From Takakia lepidozioides (lineage: Eukaryota > Plantae > Bryophyta): a stretch of 64,000 nt of DNA. Of the stretch, positions 1 through 13,310 are shown piece after piece. The first letter of the stretch is position 1, and the number at the start of each line of letters is the position of its first letter. A model generated the notes under the pieces. That model searched no databases. It saw only the letters and a list, made by a program, of their open reading frames with translations, and was not told the DNA's origin. Both the position numbers and the translations under genes were made by a program. The stretch spans positions 15,376,001 through 15,440,000 of the forward strand of contig CM060732.1 in assembly GCA_030704615.1 (NCBI GenBank). Direction: 5' to 3'.

Positions 1-163
1 CATTTCCTCCTTCTTCCACATCGTCATTTTCATCCGCCTTTCCGCCTTCTTCCACCTCGTCGTTTCCATCGAACCGTATGATGTCCTGCCCCTGACGTAT
101 ATACAAGTCTGGGATATCAGAGAACATGTATAGTCTAGTACACTGTCTCGCAGTGGCAGTTTG

Positions 164-582
164 TCAATCCACCGGTCGCAATAAAATCAACTCTGTGTAC
201 AACGTGGCCGCAAATAAATACGGGACCTTGTTGTTGACGAGCGGTTGACCCCACAATGTTGTATGTACCTCCTTTGCCCTATGGCGGAAATGCGGGTTGG
301 CGCAGGAATGCAAGCTAGCTTGATTTTGTTTGGTTTGTGGATCATGCCTATCTCTGGGCCACAAACGATTTATGTGACACCAGTCCACAAATTTCCTGCA
401 GTCACCAAGCGACCACCGCTGCCCCAACTTCCAAACTTCCCAACCTGGTTCCACAAGAATGTTGGGGTCATTGTATATGTCCAACGAAGTTCGCGCCTGG
501 CCCCTTTTGGTTTTTTTCGGGGAGGTCCAGGTTCATTATCGTCATCCATGGGATGACCTCCTCTGTCTTCCTCCTCCGCCAT
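164..582 (-). pseudogene. Frameshifted ORF remnant of unknown, probably TE-associated protein
   Basis: Overlapping minus ORFs 370-582 (acidic start plus NLS-like PPRKKPK) and 164-484 look like one frameshifted frame; no recognisable domain. Confidence 0.25.
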
Positions 583-1011
583 TTATGGCTTTGGCTTATC
601 CCTACTTGATAGATGTTTGCTAAGAAAAACGCTCTCCCAACCCTCCTAAATCGTACCTAATCCTACTCCCTAATGAATCCTCCCCAAGTACTAGAGGCAC
701 GTGTCACTCCCTCGGCAGCTTTAAGTGATATGACGCAATGTGCAATGAAAAAAATGTGGGTGCTAGAGGAGGGCTTCCCGGGAGGTACTCAGCATCGATT
801 TCGTAGAATCCAACGGCCCAAAATACCCCCCACCCAACCAATAGCACCCCTCTCCACTTGGACTCAATGACAAGGAATGCAACATCCCATCGCCCACCAA
901 GTCCTGGTGTGGAGAAAAGTGAGGGAGAGAATGGCCTCCAAGGCCTTATAAGCCCCCCCTCCACACTCGGGGCGCGCGCTGTCATCATGACTACGCACGC
1001 TAGTAATAGCT

Positions 1012-1757
1012 CCGACCGCCAGCAGGGGTGGTCGCATATTCTTTTCTTTTCTTTATTATGTGCGACCACCAGCAGGGGGGTGGTCGCAAAATTTTTATTT
1101 TTTTTAATAGGTGCGACCACCAGCAGGGGGCTGGTCGCAGAATTTTTATTTTTTTTAATAGGTGCGACCACCAGCAGGGGGCTGGTCGCAGATTTGTTTA
1201 TGTTTTTTAACGGGTGCGACCACCAGCAGAGGGGTGGTCGCAGAGATTTTGTTTAAAACAAATAGGTGCGACCACCACCTGCTGGTGGTCGCACTATTTT
1301 CATTTTCTTTAATAGATGCGACCATCAGCAGGGGGGTGGTCGTAGGGGTGGTCGCATAATTTTTCGATTTTTTAATATCTACCAATAGTCAGTAGCTCAG
1401 TTGGTTAAGTGCACTGAGTGCGACCCGGACGATTTTGGGGTCAAATCTTGCTACTTGATGGGTGTGGTATGGTTCGTGTGTGGTGCCCCATTCCTACGCC
1501 TCTTGGCGCTTAAATGAAAGAGGTTATTTTCTCCTCTCACTACTAAGAGGTCTGATTTGTGAGCTGTCGCTCCCAGGTGTTTCCCAAAATAAAATAAAAT
1601 AAAATCTGCGACCACCAGCAGGGGTAATCAGTAAATCGGTAAATAGGTGCGACTACCAGCAGGGGGGTGGTCGCAACATTTTTCTTTTATTTTAACAGTT
1701 GCGACGACCGCTACTGGTGGTCACACAATTGTTTTTTTAAAAATAGGTGCGACCACC
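1012..1757. repeat. Array of hairpin repeats TGCGACCACC-agcaggg-GGTGGTCGCA with A/T-tract spacers (DNA-transposon subterminal type), block 1
   Basis: Units start at 1061, 1112, 1163, 1215, 1267, 1317 (50-52 bp period); 10-bp inverted arms. Confidence 0.85.
1388..1604 (+). mobile_element. tRNA-derived SINE-like element
   Basis: A-box-like GTAGCTCAGTTGGTTAAG near 1392, B-box-like GGGTCAAATC near 1438, (AAAAT)n tail at 1586-1605; interrupts the hairpin array; diverged homolog at 36705-36913. Confidence 0.65.
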
Positions 1758-2524
1758 ATGAGGTTGGTCCCCTTGCACCTGTATGTATGTTTGGAGAGGC
1801 AGATGAAAAGCACATGTATCGACTCCCCATGGATTTGTGAAGGGGAAGATGAATGTTGGGAGGTGCACCTGACTTTTGTGGCTTTCGAAACCATAATAGA
1901 AAATCAACAATGTAAAAGTAATGACGAAACACAAACACACGCACAACCACCAAACCCTTTCTTGGGTACACATATTCCACCATTTTTATTTCCGTACACG
2001 TATGCATGTACCCAAACTGAAACATGGATATCAATGGAAACATACTACACATCATGTGACAGGTCACAAAAGTTATAGCTGTACCTAATTCTGTCTGCCA
2101 CGACGACGATGGTATGATCTCACGTCTAGTACAAAATCTTCGTCCCCACTCACTTCACCCCCGTTCCCATGATCAGTGCTAGAATCATGATCTCCATCTG
2201 TTCTTTCGTTTCCAAAGGCAACTGGCCGTTGGACCTGTAGTCGTCCTCGAAGTACGTTCAATTGTCTCTCTGGTCGATTTCCACTCCTATCATGAATACC
2301 ATCTAGGGTATCAGGCCTGTTCACAGGTCGGTCACCAACAAAAGGTTGCACAATTCTCTGCCGTTTCTGGGCTTGTCCCGGATTTCGTGGTGGCCTTGGA
2401 GCAGGTCTCGTATGAGGAAGGCTACTCGCACGTACATCAGAGGGGCCGACATGAGAGGAAGGGGCATGAGATGGACCAGCGAGGGTCGAGGGAGCACGTC
2501 ATTTTTAAATCATTATTCTTAAAT

Positions 2525-3190
2525 TGGTGCGACCTCCAAATGGTGGTGATCGCAGAATTTATCTTATTTTTTAATAGTTGCGACCATTAGCAGAAGGGTT
2601 GTCGCGGCATTTTTTGTTTTTTAAAAATAGATGCGACCACCAGTAGGGGTGGTCGCATTTTTTTCTTTTCTTTAACAGTTGCAACCACTGCTACTGGTGG
2701 TCGCACAATTTTTATTTTATTTGTAATAGGTGCGACCACCAGCATGGGGGTGGTCGCAACATTTTTTTGTTTTTTTTAATAAGTGCGACCACCAACAAGG
2801 GGTGGTCGCAGAATTTTTTTATTTTTTTAATAAAAAAAATTAAAATTCTCTGTGTCCACGAGCATGGGGGTGGTCGCAGCATTTTTCTTTTTTTTAATAG
2901 GTGCAACCACCAGCATGGGGGTGGTCGCAGAAATTTTGTATTTGTTTAATAGGTGCGACCACCAGCATGGGGGTGGTCGCAGAAATTTTGTATTTGTTTA
3001 ATAGATGCGACCACCAGTAGGGGGGTGGTCACATCAATTTTTTATTTTTTATTTTTTTAAATAATCTCTGTGACCACGAACATGGGGTGGTCGCAGCATT
3101 TTTCTTTTTTTTAATAGGTGCGACGTGGTCGCAGCAGTTTTAAAAAAAAAATAACATGCGACTTCTTCGTGCGACCTGGAGCGGTCGCAG
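2525..3190. repeat. Hairpin repeat array, block 2 (same TGCGACCACC/GGTGGTCGCA unit)
   Basis: About a dozen further copies of the unit with T-rich spacers. Confidence 0.85.
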
Positions 3191-3531
3191 CATTGGATCT
3201 GATTCGTCGAGCGTGTGAGGCTTGGAGGCTGGAGGGTATATAAGGTGGTCCCAATGCCCCTCACTTCTTTTGTGGCAAACACTTTTGTGGCGAGTGAATG
3301 TTCTATATTCCTTGAGCAAGAGTGTAAGCCCAAGAGGAGGGTGGGGACCGTTTGCTGTTGTGGCTTCCACCAGAGCCACTGCAGCAAATTGTCAAAAAGC
3401 ACAATACTACATGGTGCATTGATCCACTTGGATTGATGCCGTAGTGTTAGGCCATCGCATTCTGTTCTAACTTCTATTGCTCTTGACAAATCTATCAAGT
3501 ACACTAGTGTTCTTCGTTCAACCTTAAGTCT

Positions 3532-5783
3532 GTGGTTAGGGTTTTGGGTATGAGGATGAGGGAGGAGTGGATCCCTTGGTTCACCATAGACCCGCACAAA
3601 AAGGACGGTGTTCAATGCAATCTTTGTGCATTGAACCTGGCGGGTCGCAAAGATCGCATGTTATATCACCTGGGCTACAGAGATGGGAAGAATGCAGGGG
3701 TTAGTTTGTGCCCAAAAGCCTCCATGCGAGTGAAAGCCCACTTTGCCCAATGTGGAGGCAATATCCCACTGTCTCTTGATGTGGCCGCGACTTCTGAGCC
3801 AAACACTCCAGGTTCGAATCAAACTGTCCCTCAGAATTGTACCCAGGGGGATTCTTGCAAGACGTCTACTATTCGTGGAGAAGCCGGTGGATTAGGAACA
3901 ACACCCGATTGTACGCCAGCATTTGTACGGACCAGACCATTGAGACAACAATCAATGCAAGAAGGCTTAAATTTGTCGCACAGGAGGACTCTGGATAAGA
4001 AGTGGGCCCAATTTTTCTACGAGACCAATATTCCGTTCAATGTCTCGAGGCTTCCTGCGTTTGTGGCTGCTGTCAAAGCCACATCCGATTCCACATACAC
4101 ACCTCCGAGTTATCGCGATCTCCGCACAAGATTGCTAGAAGAGGCTATGTCTGACCTCACCCAAAAGGTGAATGAAAAAACACGTGATTCTCTCCGGAAA
4201 TATGGAAGCACTATATGTGCGGACGGTTGGAGTTCTGTTACTAATCGACCACTATTCAATGTCATGCTGGTCTATCCTGCGGGGGAACAATTTTTGGGAT
4301 CCGTTGACACAAGTGGGGAGAGAAAATATGCACATTATCAAGCAGGGTTGTTGACGAGTTACATCGATAAAATTGGAGCTGATAAAATTGTCCAAGTGAG
4401 CACGGACAACGCATCTAACATGGTTAATATGGCCGATATTTTGATGGTACGATATCCCCATCTATATTACCAAGGGTGTGTTGCTCATATCTTTGATCTC
4501 CTTTTGGAGGATTGGGGAAAAGAATCATGGATAAAACAACTAGTAAAAAGGGCAAAGTCAATTGTGACGTTCATTCGTACACATCACATCCTTCTGGCAT
4601 TGTTTAGAAAGCATGAACCCAAATACAACCTTAGGAACCCGGGTGAAACCCGCTTTGCCACAAACTTTTTGATGGTGGATCGACTGGTGACTGCGAGGGT
4701 GGGTCTGGAGCAGGTGATTATTGACCCTCAATGGGATGCGTATGTGGGCACCTTACGCAACTTTCGTAAGTCCAAGTGAGCAAAAGTCAGAGGGTCCGCG
4801 CAATCATTCGCTCCGACAATTTCTGGGCGAAATGTGCAAATTTTGTGTACATGGTGGAGCCGGTGTTGATTGCTTTGCGGGAGTTTGATGGAAAACAACC
4901 AATAATGGGTAAAGCATGGTTGATATTGGAAAACCTTGAGAAGCACGTACAATCCTTGAGGCGTCCTCCATTTTCTATGGACGATGATTTGGCGGCAAGG
5001 ACCGAGGATGCATTTTACGACCGCAAACGGATGGTTCGCACGGACTTGCATTATGCGGGGGCCTTGTTGAATCCATTCTTGCTGGACAATACGGATTTTG
5101 AGAGACGATGTAGATGCCAAAGCCGGGCTTGTACGGGTGATCATGCAACTTGCGCCCTTGAACATGGCAGAGCGAGCGTTGTCCGAGTACCAGTGCTTCT
5201 CGGATCGGCAGAATCCTTTCCATGACATACCGGATCCAAAAGCAAAGAACATGTTGCCACATGAATGGTGGGATCTGATTGGAGCTGGAGCAAGAACGAT
5301 AGCTCCCATTGCAAAGCGTATTCTTGCTCAAGTGTGCTCTGCCTCGTCCTATGAGCGGAACTGGAGCAGTTACTCGTTTGTTCACAACAAGATTCGCAAC
5401 AGGTTGATCCTGCCAGGGCTGACAATTTGGTTTATGTCTACACAAATTGTAGGCTACTGCGATAGATAAGAGCAAGTGACGCATCTGCATGGTACGAGAA
5501 GAATCTGTTGTCTGAAGAATCTGCCTTAGGGGTCCAATCTAGCAATAATGATGACACTGACGCCGCGAGGGACTCCGACTCCAACGGTTGGGATGGGTCC
5601 GATGATGTGGGCAATCCTCCACATGACCCATATGAATTTAATGACGATGATGCTGTAATGCATCCATCCTTCGATGACCTTGTTGTTGATGAACTGCGAC
5701 ATGGTGTCATCCCAATTGTGGACCCCCTTCCCCCAGTGGAGCACACTCTCAACAATGAAGTTGAGGTCAACTCTCCCCCACCA
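3532..5783 (+). pseudogene. hAT-superfamily transposase (BED finger, DUF659-type core, dimerisation domain), frameshifted
   Basis: Motifs VQCNLC..HL, CADGWS, QVSTDNASNM, CVAHIFDLLLED, ETRFATNFLM, LHYAGALLNP, EWW..ASSYERNWS; frameshifts near 4776, 5098 and 5405; acidic tail cut at about 5784. Confidence 0.92.
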
Positions 5784-6830
5784 CATACAAAATGGAAATG
5801 CGGCGCCGCATTTCCGTTCCGGAATGTTGGAAGGTGCGACTCGGACGGAAATGCGGTGCCGTATTTCCCTCCCACATCTCCATGCCACAGATACAAAACG
5901 GAAATGCGGCGCCACATTTCCGTTCTGGAATGTCGGAAGGTGCGACTCGGACGGTAATGTGGTGCCGCATTTCAATTCCAATGGTTCATGATTTTCAATC
6001 AGAACGGAAATGCGGTACCGCATTTCCGTTCCACCTTCACATACCTTAGTTGTTGAACGGAAATGTCGTGCCGCATTTCCGTTTTGGAGAGTATGAAGGT
6101 CTCACCCGGACGGAAATGCGGTGCCACATTTCCGTCCCACGGCTCCATGCCTGAGATACAAAACGGAAATGCGGCGCCGCATTTCCGTTGTGGAATGTCG
6201 GAAGGTGCGACTCGGACGGAAATGTTGTGCCGCATTTCAGTTCCAGTGGTTCATGATTTTCAATCAGAACGGAAAAGCGGTACCGCATTTCCATTCCACT
6301 GTCACGTACTTTACTTGTTGGACGGAACTGCGGCACCGCATCTCCGTTCTGGAGAGTATAAAGGTTTCCCCCGGATGGAAATGCGGTGCCGCATTTCCGT
6401 CGCACTGGTGCATGACTAAGATGCAAAAAGGAAATGCGGCGCCGTATTTCCGTCCAACAGCAATCGAAAGTAGCACACCGGACGGAAATGCGGAACCTCA
6501 TTTCCATCCACTGGATTCCATTGAAAGAGACCGGACGGAAATTCGGCACTGCATTTCCGTTCCTGCCTATCCAAAGTGTCCTAGTCGATGAAAATGCGTT
6601 GTCGCAATTATTTTCTGCCGTGTGTTCCTAGTCCTGTTGGACCTAAATGTGATACCGCATTTCCGTTCCACCATGGGCCTGCTTTTACAGTGGACTGAAA
6701 TGTGGTACCGCATTTCCGTTGCACCAGTATTTTGGTTTCCCTGTTGACGGAATTGCGGTGCCGCATTTCCGATCACAATCAACGAGAGGATGATGTCGAA
6801 CTGAGATGCGGGACCGCATTCCCATTCAGC
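5784..6830. repeat. 53-bp-period palindrome array (ACGGAAATGCGGCGCCGCATTTCCGT), MULE subfamily B/C
   Basis: Palindrome starts at 5794, 5847, 5900, 5953, 6006, 6059, 6112, 6165, 6218, 6271, 6324, 6377, 6430. Confidence 0.92.
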
Positions 6831-7248
6831 CATGTGCAATGGGTTGCATTGTTCCGAAACAACACAATTGTGGCCTATCTTAATGAGCACAACTTGGTTG
6901 TCTAACCGTTTTAACTAAAAGTCCTGGCACTTGTCAGTGCGAACGTTCATGTCTGCACCGCGAATACTGGTTGATCCACCCTCAGGAGAAACTGTCAGGA
7001 GATGTTATTTCGTCGCCGAATCGGCCATCAATGTCATACTTACTGGATATGGAATCACACCTCTCACCTTCATGCTTGTAGCTTGAAACAATACTTTCCA
7101 CTTCAATGTGCGACTTCCAATCGTCGATGGACTCCGCAGATCCACTTAGATGGTGCCTGTGAGCCTTGGTCTGTCGCTATACTGAACCTCGCACTTGCCA
7201 ACTTCGTGCGGTGTTCGATGGCTCCAAATTCCTACGCTATAGTTTGCT
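6831..7248 (+). mobile_element. 5' region and first codons of a subfamily-C MULE transposase, truncated
   Basis: Near-identical to the reverse complement of about 54595-55000 (MAPNSYAIVC); similarity stops abruptly at 7248. Confidence 0.85.
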
Positions 7249-7861
7249 TGTCGCGGCTCTTTGCCTTGAGGGCAGGGGGTCGGGTTGCAGAGGGGCTGCC
7301 CCTGTGGTGGGGGCGGTGGCAGCAATAGGTACGGGGGGTTGAAGCAACCTCGAGTGCCCAAAGCACTCGCGGAGGCGGAGGCACTCACTAGGTGGAGCCC
7401 CGCACACCGGGTTGCGGTGGGGGTGGCTCCACAAAGGGTGGTGGTAGCTTAGTGGGACTTAGTGGGGGTGGCATAGGACTCACCATGGGGGCGGAGACCT
7501 TGTGGTGGGAGTCGTGGGGAGTCTTGGGACTCATCACGGTCCAAGGGGACCGTGGTGGGTGGTGGGCCAAGACTCACCGCGACTCATCACCGGGAATCGA
7601 GGGTTTTCGTGGTGGTTCGCCATAAAATGGTGGTGTTGCTGGTGAAACCCCCGTGGACAGTCACAGAAGTATATATAGGGAGTAGTAACCCCGAGAATGG
7701 TGCAAGCCCGTTGGTGTCCAAAAACTAGTGAGTAAGCGTGCGAGCCGGAAAGCGACCAAGGTGTGGGGAGCTATTCCGGACTGCCATCGACCAAAGGGAA
7801 TTTCCACTAGGCCCAAATTGGGAGAGGGTCTAGTGGAGGAGTAAAGGGGGACCTTATGCCC
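7249..7861. mobile_element. Unassigned G-rich insert, possibly an LTR fragment
   Basis: Begins TG exactly at the truncation point, contains TATATAT near 7671, no credible ORF; no partner copy in the window. Confidence 0.3.
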
Positions 7862-8388
7862 CGAGTTCTTGAAAGGGAAACAGTGGGGCTTGGGGCCGGA
7901 CAGGCAGGAAATGCTGATGCGGACTGCCTCTAGATCGAAGAATCCTCGGAAGTGGGCGGCGGCCTTGCGAGAGGGCCTTCGGGACACGCCATTGCTGCGA
8001 AGAGGCCAACATTTGGAAGGAGATGTTCATACCCGTCCAGTGAGACGAAGACTTGACGAGGCACCTGGCGGAGAAGAGGATTCATGGCGAGCTGACAAGA
8101 ATATTCGCACGCTCCCTCGTGGTCCGGTGATGTTGCCCGAGGAGGTCTCGTCGAGCACCGCAAGTCCTGCACGTTCAAGATCGCCATCTCTTTTGAGCAC
8201 AGGGCGCGTGCCCCGGCAACATAACGAGCCATCTGTAGTAAAGCAGTACAACATTCCCATTGTGGAGACAAGAGTGTCGGAGTCACAGTGGAGAATTGCG
8301 AGGACATTGCCGGCATTTCGAGGGAAGTGCTGCGCCATCCGGGTGGATACGAGAGCACGTTGTGGTGAGATGATTCGGAGGAACCCAC
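7862..8388 (+). pseudogene. Inverted internal segment of MULE transposase copy A
   Basis: EFLKGKQWGLGPDRQEMLMRTASRSKNP...RCGEMIRRNP is what follows TATTEDI..IM in copy C, but here it lies on the opposite strand. Confidence 0.88.
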
Positions 8389-10701
8389 ATAATTGACCTC
8401 ACAATGTCCTCCGTTGTGGCAGTGAGGATGTCCACCAGATGCGCCGCAGAGGAGGCACGCCAGGAAGAGTGCACTGATTCGGCCATGTTTGTCGTGGGCA
8501 TGTCGGTGTCGGAGTCGAGACACATTTCCTGCACAAGCACATGTTGAGGTTACAAGCAAGTTACAAATATGGCCAAGAATAATATTCAACGGGACGCGAA
8601 TTCGTGCAACTCACCTCCCGCATATAGTCGCCGAACTGGAGGAAACGATAATGCCACCATGCTAGCCAATTGGCCATTGCTCCCTCGTCTGATTTCCTTA
8701 CAGCACCTGACGATGTCCACCAAGCCCGTATACATGCAAACTGTGTCTCTGCATCATCCAAGGTGGGAGCGCGCTTCCACGCAAGGCACATGGAACGGTG
8801 CTCCTCTCTGAAATCTGGCACCACGAGCCTGGTTGTGTACTGCGAAAGGCTCTGCAAAAAATGGAACCACAAGATCTCTCCTTGCCTTCCATGGGAACAT
8901 TGGGGTCTTGCCCGTACACCCTTCGGATGGCAGCCCAATTTGCTTGTGCGTTGTCCGCCATGAAACCACGGAAATTCGGAGGGGGCAATCCCGCCTTGGC
9001 CATCTGTTCGTTTATTCCTTGCCAAAGAAGCATCTCCGATTGTGTGTCCTCTCCTTTCATCTCACAAATAGCAATTGTCATTAGCATCCTGCAGTTGGTG
9101 TCGTAGACATGTGCACCCATTGTCACCCACTGGTGATTTGTAATTCGCTTGATATGGTCGAACATGACCCAACTGTTTGATAAGTCCCCACTCGTCATCC
9201 TGTCGACCAGTTCGACGCCGCTGCCAGGTCCACACGTGGACATTTTGAATACGAAACAACGATCTACCTCAGTCCCTTGTCCGGGAAACCTACTTCCATG
9301 AATGTAGTCATATCCACATCGTCGCTTCACCTCCAGAATGGAGTGCATATCCGAGCCACGCCCAATTTTCTGTTTGCATGAGACAATGTGGTTTCGGACA
9401 TTCGGTGAACATACGTGGGACACCGACTCCAGCAATGCCTCCATTTCCTTCTCGTCGAGAGGAACTCTATCGGAGCCGTCTTCCGACATAATTCTGGCCA
9501 ATGCCATCTTATGGGCGGTTTGGAGCTGTATCTGTTTGGGTTTGGCACCCGGTCTCAACTTAACCTCCTCCTGAACGAGATGCTCTGCTTCGTGGGCAGC
9601 CTCCCGCGAGTTCCCCCTTGCCAATTTGTGACAATGGGAACCAATGTGTATGCAAGCTCGGGTGAGGTCAGGGAAACGGTGCAACACATAGAACTGCTTG
9701 GCATTACAAACAGACATGCAGTGTGGTGGTTCTTTGCAATGCGCACACTTAAATGTGGAGTTCGGAACCTTCTCTTGAGCTCAAAATGGTTGATGAGCTG
9801 TGCCTGTCCAATCGGTCTCGTTCCTGTGACCTCTGGATTTAAAGTGGAAGCAAGTTGGGGAGAAACACCGCAACGCGCCCGCACAAACAACGTAGCGCAC
9901 CCGCACACCATCGAGCATCTTCATGCTGGTGGTTTTGGTAACGCACCAAGGATGACCGTCATGTTTTCTATCCATATCTGTCAACATTCCGGACGCCCTC
10001 GAGTAGTCCGCCCGAGGAGGGAACTCAAAGATGATATTACCGTCGACGTCGGCGGGAAGGCATGTAACCGATTTAATTGCAAACTTGCTGTAGTCCAGCC
10101 CGGCCAGCTCCAACCGGTGTCCCTCCAGGTGAAGCCCTCGCAGAATTTCAAGAATAGATCGAACTGCGGTGCTCGTGCTGGGAATATGACTCCCTCCTCC
10201 ACTGACGTCCATTGAGGACTTGCCTGATCTCCAGGACGACCTCGGAACTTCCATGACCTCGTCTGAGTCAGACAAGTTGTGAACAACCCAGTTCTCGCTC
10301 GTCTTCATGGATGGGTTCGGCTCTGGATTTACTTCGTTGCGGACTTCTCTCTTTGAGGTAGCCACTCTCTGATTCGCAGATTGTTTCATGGAAGGCGCCA
10401 GGATAGAAGGTGCATTTGGCGGGCAAATGAAGTCCCCAACAGCCCTGTATATGACGCTGTCCGATGGTGGAAGTCGCCATTCCCTGCCATTGCCGAAATC
10501 ATCGTGGAGCACAACAATACTCTTGACAACAAGGCCGTTTGAGTCCTTCCTTTCCTCCTCCAAAAAAACCGACCCCGGTTTCAGGTGGTATCGAACGCAC
10601 AGATATTTCTCCATCACCCGGCAGATGTCCCCTCTGCACGGAAATGAAGCTCTATGCTCGTGAGGAGGGCAGTACACTGTAGCGCTCGGGTTTTCCGCCA
10701 T
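8389..10701 (-). pseudogene. MULE/Mutator-like transposase copy A (GCM/WRKY-like Zn domain plus DDE core)
   Basis: Motifs HDGHPW..CAGALRC..C..CAHC..C..GSHCH; WVMFDH, FMADNAQAN, ERSC(GFH), TNMAESVH; in-frame TGA at 9781, frameshift near 8860, GT-AG intron at about 8531-8613. Confidence 0.85.
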
Positions 10702-10989
10702 GGGAGATGTGCACACAAGACTGCCAGGATGGCGTGCGGGGAAGCTCCCTGGTAGAAGGGGGATGCAGCGATGGGAAGGAATGCGGTGCCGATTTGTCCG
10801 AGCGACGAAGCCTGATCCAAATCCAGGGAGCCAACTATCTCAAAAATCCACAGTCAGAGTGTTAATGAACCTTGTCTCCGGAATGCGGCCCCTGGTCTTT
10901 GCGCAATAACTACCAACGGTATGCAGTCAGAAAGTGGGGGGCCGTCCGGATGATGATGGCTGAAGGGGAGAAGCCGACACCGTGCCGTC

Positions 10990-13310
10990 ACATTACTACC
11001 CCCGAATGGAAATTCGGCACCCAATATCCAACAGGGGCCGCACGGATGAAGTCGTCTGGGGCAGAGATGCCGGCACCTGTCCGACAGAGAACATCCCCCG
11101 GACGGAAATTCAGCGCCGAATTTCCATTCGGATCCCCCCAAAGGAAGTCCTGTCGGGGGGTCAGGCCGAAAACTGGCCGACATAAAAACCTACGCGGATG
11201 GAAAAACGGCGCCGAATTTCCATACGAGGCCTTTCGGATGCAGTCGGCTCGGGGGAAAGGCCGCCATCTGGCCCTCACATTACAACCCCCGGACGGAAAT
11301 TCGGCACCGAATATACAACAGGGGAAGCCCGGATGAAGTCGCCTCGGGCGCAGAGGCCGACACGTGTGCGACAGAGAACATCCCCTGGATGAAGATTCGG
11401 CGCCGAATTTCCATCCGGGCCCCCCCAAAGGAAGTCGTGTTGGGGGGTCAGGCCGAAAACTGGCCGGCATAAAAACATCCCCAGATGGAAAAACGGCGCC
11501 GAATTTCCATCCGGGGCGGTTCGGATGCAGTTGGGGAGGGGGGAGAGGCCGGCACCTGGCCGTCACATTTCAACCCCCGGACGGAAATTCGGCACCGAAT
11601 ATCCAACAGGGGACGCCCGGATGAAGTCGCCTCGGGCGTATAGACCGGCACGTGTTCGACAGAGAGCATCCCCTGGATGGAGATTCGGCGCCGAATTTCC
11701 ATCCGGGCCCCCCCAAAGGAAGTCGTGTCGGGGGGTCAGACCGAAAACTGGCCGACATAAAAACCTACCCAGATGGAAAAACGGCGCCGAATTTCAATCC
11801 GGGGCCGTTCCAATGCAGTCGGGGAGGGGGGAGAGGCCGGCACCTGGCCGCCATATTTCAACCCCCGGACGGAAATTCAGCACCGAATATCCAACAGAGC
11901 GGCGGAGAGGCCGGCACCTCTCCGACAGAGACCATCCCCCGGATAGAAATTCGGCGCCGAATTTCCATCAGGGCCCCCTCAAAGGAAGTCGTAAAAACCT
12001 CCCCAGATGGAAAAACGGCGCCGAATTTCCATTCGGGGCCGTTCCAATGCAGTCGGGGAGGGGGGAGAGGCCGGCACCTGGCCGTCATATTTCAACCCCC
12101 GGACGGAAATTCGGCACCGAATATCCAACAGAGCGGCGGAGAGGCCGGCACCTCTCCGACAGAGACCATCCCCCGGATGGAAATTCGGCGCCGAATTTTC
12201 ATCGGGGCCCCCTCAAAGGAAGTCGTAAAAACCTCCCCAGATGGAAAAACGGCGCCGAATTTCCATCCGGGGCCGTTCCAATGCAGTCGGGGAGGGGGGA
12301 GAGGCCGGCACCTGGCCGTCATATTTCAACCCCCGGACGGAAATTCGGAACCGAATATCCAACAGAGCGGCGGAGAGGCCGGCACCCTCTCCGACAGAGA
12401 CCATCCCCCGGATGGAAATTCGGCGCCGAATTTCCATCGGGGCCCCCTCAAAGGAAGTCGCAGAAACCTCCCAGAATGGAAAAACGGCGCCGAATTTCCG
12501 TCCGAGGCTGTTCCGATTTGCCTCTAGCAGTCAAGGATTCCAAGAAAAACGTGTCTACAAGTGCACTTCAGCCACAAAACAAACAGTTAGGTTTGTTTTT
12601 CTCCGAAAAATCAATCCGACACGCTCAGAATTACCTGTAGGAAGGTAATTCAGCACTCAGAATTACCTGCAGGAAGGTAATCCAGCGATCAGAATTACCT
12701 GCAGGAAGGTAATTCAGCGCTTCGAAATACCTGGCGAATGGAAATTCGGCGCCGAATATCCATACGCCAGCGATCCGACTTACCTGCTGGATGGAAATTC
12801 GGCGCCGGATCTCCATCCATCCGCTCTCCGCCCAACCTCGCGGATGGAAATCCGGCCCCGGATTTCCATCCATCCGCCTCCAAATTACCTGCTTGAGGGA
12901 AATTTCGCGCGCCGTCCTACCTGCGCGGATGGAAATCCGGCGCCGGATTTCCATCCATCCGCTTCTGAATTACCTGCGTGAGGGAAATTTGGCGCGCCGC
13001 CCTACCTGCGCGGATGGAAATCCGGCGCCGGATTTCCATCCATCCGCTTCTGAATTACCTGCGTGAGGGAAATTTGGCGCGCCGCCCTACCTGCGCGGAT
13101 GGAAATCCGGCGCCGGATTTCCATCTATCCGCTTCTGAATTACCTGCGTGAGGGAAATTTCGCGCACCGCCCTACCTTGCTGGATGGAAATTCGGCGCTG
13201 AATTTCCATCCTGCTGCGCTCCGAATTACCTGCAGGATGGAAATCCGGCGCCGGAATTCCATCGTGCAGCGCTCCGAATTACCTCTACGTTGGAAATTCC
13301 GGGCCTCTTT
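10990..13310. repeat. Palindrome array of subfamily A (GGAAATTCGGCGCCGAATTTCC / GGATGGAAATCCGGCGCCGGATTTCCATCC)
   Basis: Higher-order units of 288 and 234 bp, then 85- and 53-bp units; perfect 30-bp palindrome at 12927-12956. Confidence 0.92.

Noticed and set aside
1388-1460. Functional tRNA gene
   Set aside because: No convincing acceptor or anticodon stems; continues into a body and A-rich tail, so treated as a SINE
5784-6830. CRISPR-like look (26-bp palindromic repeat with about 27-bp spacers), also at 31.7-33.3 and 55.0-56.8 kb
   Set aside because: Spacers are a small recurring set reused within and between arrays, there are no cas genes, and the context is eukaryotic
11525-12640. 371-aa and other long ORFs over the arrays (MRRRIS, GNAAPHF, KCGAAF peptides)
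   Set aside because: Translation artefacts of GC-rich palindromic repeats; they occur in all frames on both strands
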